Source: Eutreptiella sp. 'Long Island Sound 2002' (taxonomy: Eukaryota > Protista > Euglenida). Taken from it: DNA of 64,000 nucleotides. The stretch is taken from assembly GCA_964036045.1 (NCBI GenBank), contig OZ038378.1, forward strand, positions 74,152,001-74,216,000. Reading direction: 5' to 3'. Below the pieces are notes generated by a model. The model saw only the letters and a list, made by a program, of their open reading frames with translations. It ran no database searches and was not told the origin of the DNA. Position numbers and translations under genes: made by a program. This document shows, piece after piece, positions 61,289 through 64,000 of the stretch. Positions within the stretch are counted from its first letter, which is position 1. Each line of letters opens with the position of its first letter.

Positions 61289-64000
61289 GTGTGTGCATGA
61301 GGTTCTTTTGCAGATATGGCCAGCTGCGTTCCTCAGAGGCAGGGAATCACTGGAAAAGAGTGGTGGGCAGGGAGCTGTTTTCGAGGAGGAGAAGGAATGC
61401 CTCCATCTCTCACCCCCATGGTCCGCTCCTTTGCTTGCTACTGTATGGCCAATTTATGGCCCAGAAAGTCGATGCTGTGGTATTTCCCACCTGTGATGTT
61501 CCCTGCCAACATGGCGACGGTAGCACCCAGCTGGTTGTCTTCTGTCACGGCTCAGGAGCTCTGGCAACACAACAACACTGAGTATGTTAGGATCAGACGC
61601 ACTGCCCTTGAGCCCTTCTGCAAACTATGTCCTGACCACTCTAGGCCCTTTCTAATAACCTGGAGTTGCAGTTTATCCTTTCGGGATTGTTGCATTCTCT
61701 AGGGTGTATTGTGATCCACTCCAAAGCCCCATGTGGATGGCATGCCAGTCAGACAGTGGTTCCATGACCAGGCATTGCGGCTGGTTCATTGCAATCCCTC
61801 CACCTTCATGTCAGTTTCGACCAGACAAGTCATTGAGGCTTGCCCAGCCTGGAACTCGGAGTGGATCCCGTCGTATGTACAGATTCTACGAAATAGACGA
61901 ATGGAAGCAATCCCAGAGGCCAGCATTCTGCACCCACCGTGCCACCCAGACCCTGGTCTCCTCTCCAAATGTACGGAATGAAAGATCAGAAGACCGACAA
62001 TTCTTGTCTCACAGCATGCAACCATGGGAATAGCGTGTAGTGTTGTTCGTTGTACCATGTGCATTCCCTGTGTGCTGCCAGTCAAATGCTGGAATGCTTC
62101 GTTAATCTGAATAAATGTGTGTCATGGGAAACTGCAGATACCTCACAGGCAAGTGACTCGCAGGACACTCAAAAAAATTTGCATTTTTTTCTGCTCTTTT
62201 TTTTCTTTACACTCGTGTGACACTTTTCCCTATGTTACGTTCCCAAACCAGTTGTGGTGTGCCCCCTCCAAACTTCACGACATGGGAATGACTGAATGTG
62301 AAGCATAATGGGAGGGATGCCAAGGGGAGAAGCAACTTGCAAGCAACACGACAAATGCACCATTTTGAGCGAAGGATCCGGATCACCAAGTGTTACCCAT
62401 CAAAGGTACGCAGCATTCCCAGGAATTTTGCCAGTGGTTTTTTTGTTTTCTTGTTCTTAGTTTGTGCCATCGGCGGTGGCATTTAGATGGGTCACAATTT
62501 CATGACATTTGCCAAGGGCGGAGTTGATCTACTTGGCACATCTACAAAAGTAAGCCGACTGTGTAATTGTTTTTTTCCAAGGCGGACTGGATCAGCCATT
62601 AGCACGTAGGTCATATTGTGTGTGTTTGTGTGTGTTGTTGTTGTTTTTGTGGGGGGGGGGGGGGGCTACTGATGCACTTTTCTTGTCAAAGGACTTTCCT
62701 GTCATCGGTACACACCTCACCCTATCACTTTCTCCTAGATTCTTGCCCGGTGTAGCTTGGTAGACTTTTTACTGGTGGTGGTGGATGTGGCGAACCTCCA
62801 TGTTTCCACCTATCTGCCCGCATCCCCATGCAAATCTCATGGTCCCTCCCCATTGGCTCCGAGGGGGGGCACGTGGGTGCCCCCTCCCCCCCGCCCCGCA
62901 CAGTGTTGCGTTTTTGGGTGATTTGTCGGTGGGGGCAAACCAACATAGATAGATTTCGTTTTTTGGCAGCGCCCAACCTCGTAGACCTTGTGACTTTGGT
63001 TCCCTTAAACAGGCGGTCCTCAAAAGGGAGCACACAGTCGGTTGTTGGACTGGTTTCTAAAGTTGTTCCACAGAGGTCTTGCGTGTTTGGCGGAGTGGGC
63101 TAGGCTCAGATGGCTGTGCAGCCTTGTTCCCCATTGAGGTGAGATGTGCATTCCTTCGGGCAGTATTTGTTGCGCTTGTGGTTATCTCCTAGCCTGTTTT
63201 AAAAATGACCAATGCGGGGCTCACACCATCTAGGCAAATAATGCTCTTTTCATCTTCTCCACGTAGTTTTGGCAGTTTTTTCCCCAACCGCAGCCGAGCA
63301 TTGAACACATGTTCTATGGATCTACGCAAGGCTACGGAAGCATGTGAGTTGGGCTACCTGTCTTGGAGGTGTTGCCACAGGTAGGTACCATGGTAATGTA
63401 TGGTTACAGGTCAGGGTCTCTAAGAGCGCATCTCCGGTGAGGTCTGGGTTTGCTTCCTTGGATTGTTTGCTTATTGGGAAGGGCGGGGCTAGAGCACTGC
63501 TATTCATATTTTAGTGCCATTGCAGTGTGTGTGGGGAGTGGGACCAGGTTGGCCCATTGTATGGGTTTTGTTGTGCCTCACCCACTGATTTGGAATCCTG
63601 CTTGGGTCGTTGTCTCTGTTGGTCTGCTATGCAATGGGTGACCAGAAGGTTTTGGGCGGCCACGTCGGGTACAGCATAGCAGTTGCTTGTCTGGGAATAG
63701 TGTTGGGCTGTGCCCACTCGGGTTCTCGCCCCTTTTTCTAGGGACTCTTACCACCAACAAGAGACCTGGGTGCAGCATCACCATACCTTTTTTTTGGAAA
63801 GGTGTCTGGGGTAATTTTGGGGTCCACGTGCCCTTAAACACAAGTGCCCCGCAAAAAGTGTGGGGAAAATTCGCTGTTTTCTGGGTGATTTTCCTTCATT
63901 GATAAGATTTTTTTCGGACCCGGACCAAAAAAGTGGCACCAAATCACCCCCTCTTTTCGGCCAGCTCAAAAAAAGGTTAGCACATTGCAGCCAAAATTCA

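Noticed and set aside
63064-63090. LFHRGLACL as MAPK exon 3 (subdomain VIa)
   Set aside because: There is no HRDLKP downstream, no convincing splice sites, and the frame soon closes.
1-64000. rRNA, tRNA or spliced-leader RNA genes; poly-G/poly-C runs as functional G-quadruplexes
   Set aside because: No recognisable conserved RNA motifs were seen. The homopolymer runs are ubiquitous single tracts and also likely sources of sequencing indels, which may explain some apparent frameshifts.

Overview
Eukaryotic, repeat-dominated DNA, probably from a protist (inference only). It is a nested graveyard of mobile elements around a 41-bp satellite, with the first two exons of a MAP-kinase gene at the right end. 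All family assignments come from motifs read by eye, with no database search. From left to right: (1) decayed RT-like sequence plus 157-bp and 88-bp tandem repeats leading into a frameshifted Upf1/DNA2-like SF1 helicase; (2) a ~7.7-kb APE-RT-RNaseH LINE bounded by an 18-bp TSD, with a 2A-like peptide (GDVHPNPG) one base out of frame with its endonuclease; (3) three arrays of a 41-bp satellite with higher-order repeats; (4) a complete tyrosine-recombinase retrotransposon (gag-YR-RT-RNaseH, split direct repeats A1...B1-A2-B2) integrated into a satellite monomer through a 3-bp ACC core; (5) the best candidate for an undescribed system, a ~8-kb decayed hAT/ZNF862-type transposase locus whose coding region also carries a TET/JBP-like 2OG-Fe(II) dioxygenase and a USP (C19) deubiquitinase, with the USP C-half and the transposase zinc finger in one unbroken ORF; (6) a hidden decayed non-LTR RT, a recent 1.16-kb duplication, a second diverged YR element, and an Ulp1-like protease followed by a RING-like remnant; (7) MAPK exons 1-2 with canonical GT-AG splicing. 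No rRNA, tRNA or CRISPR array was seen.
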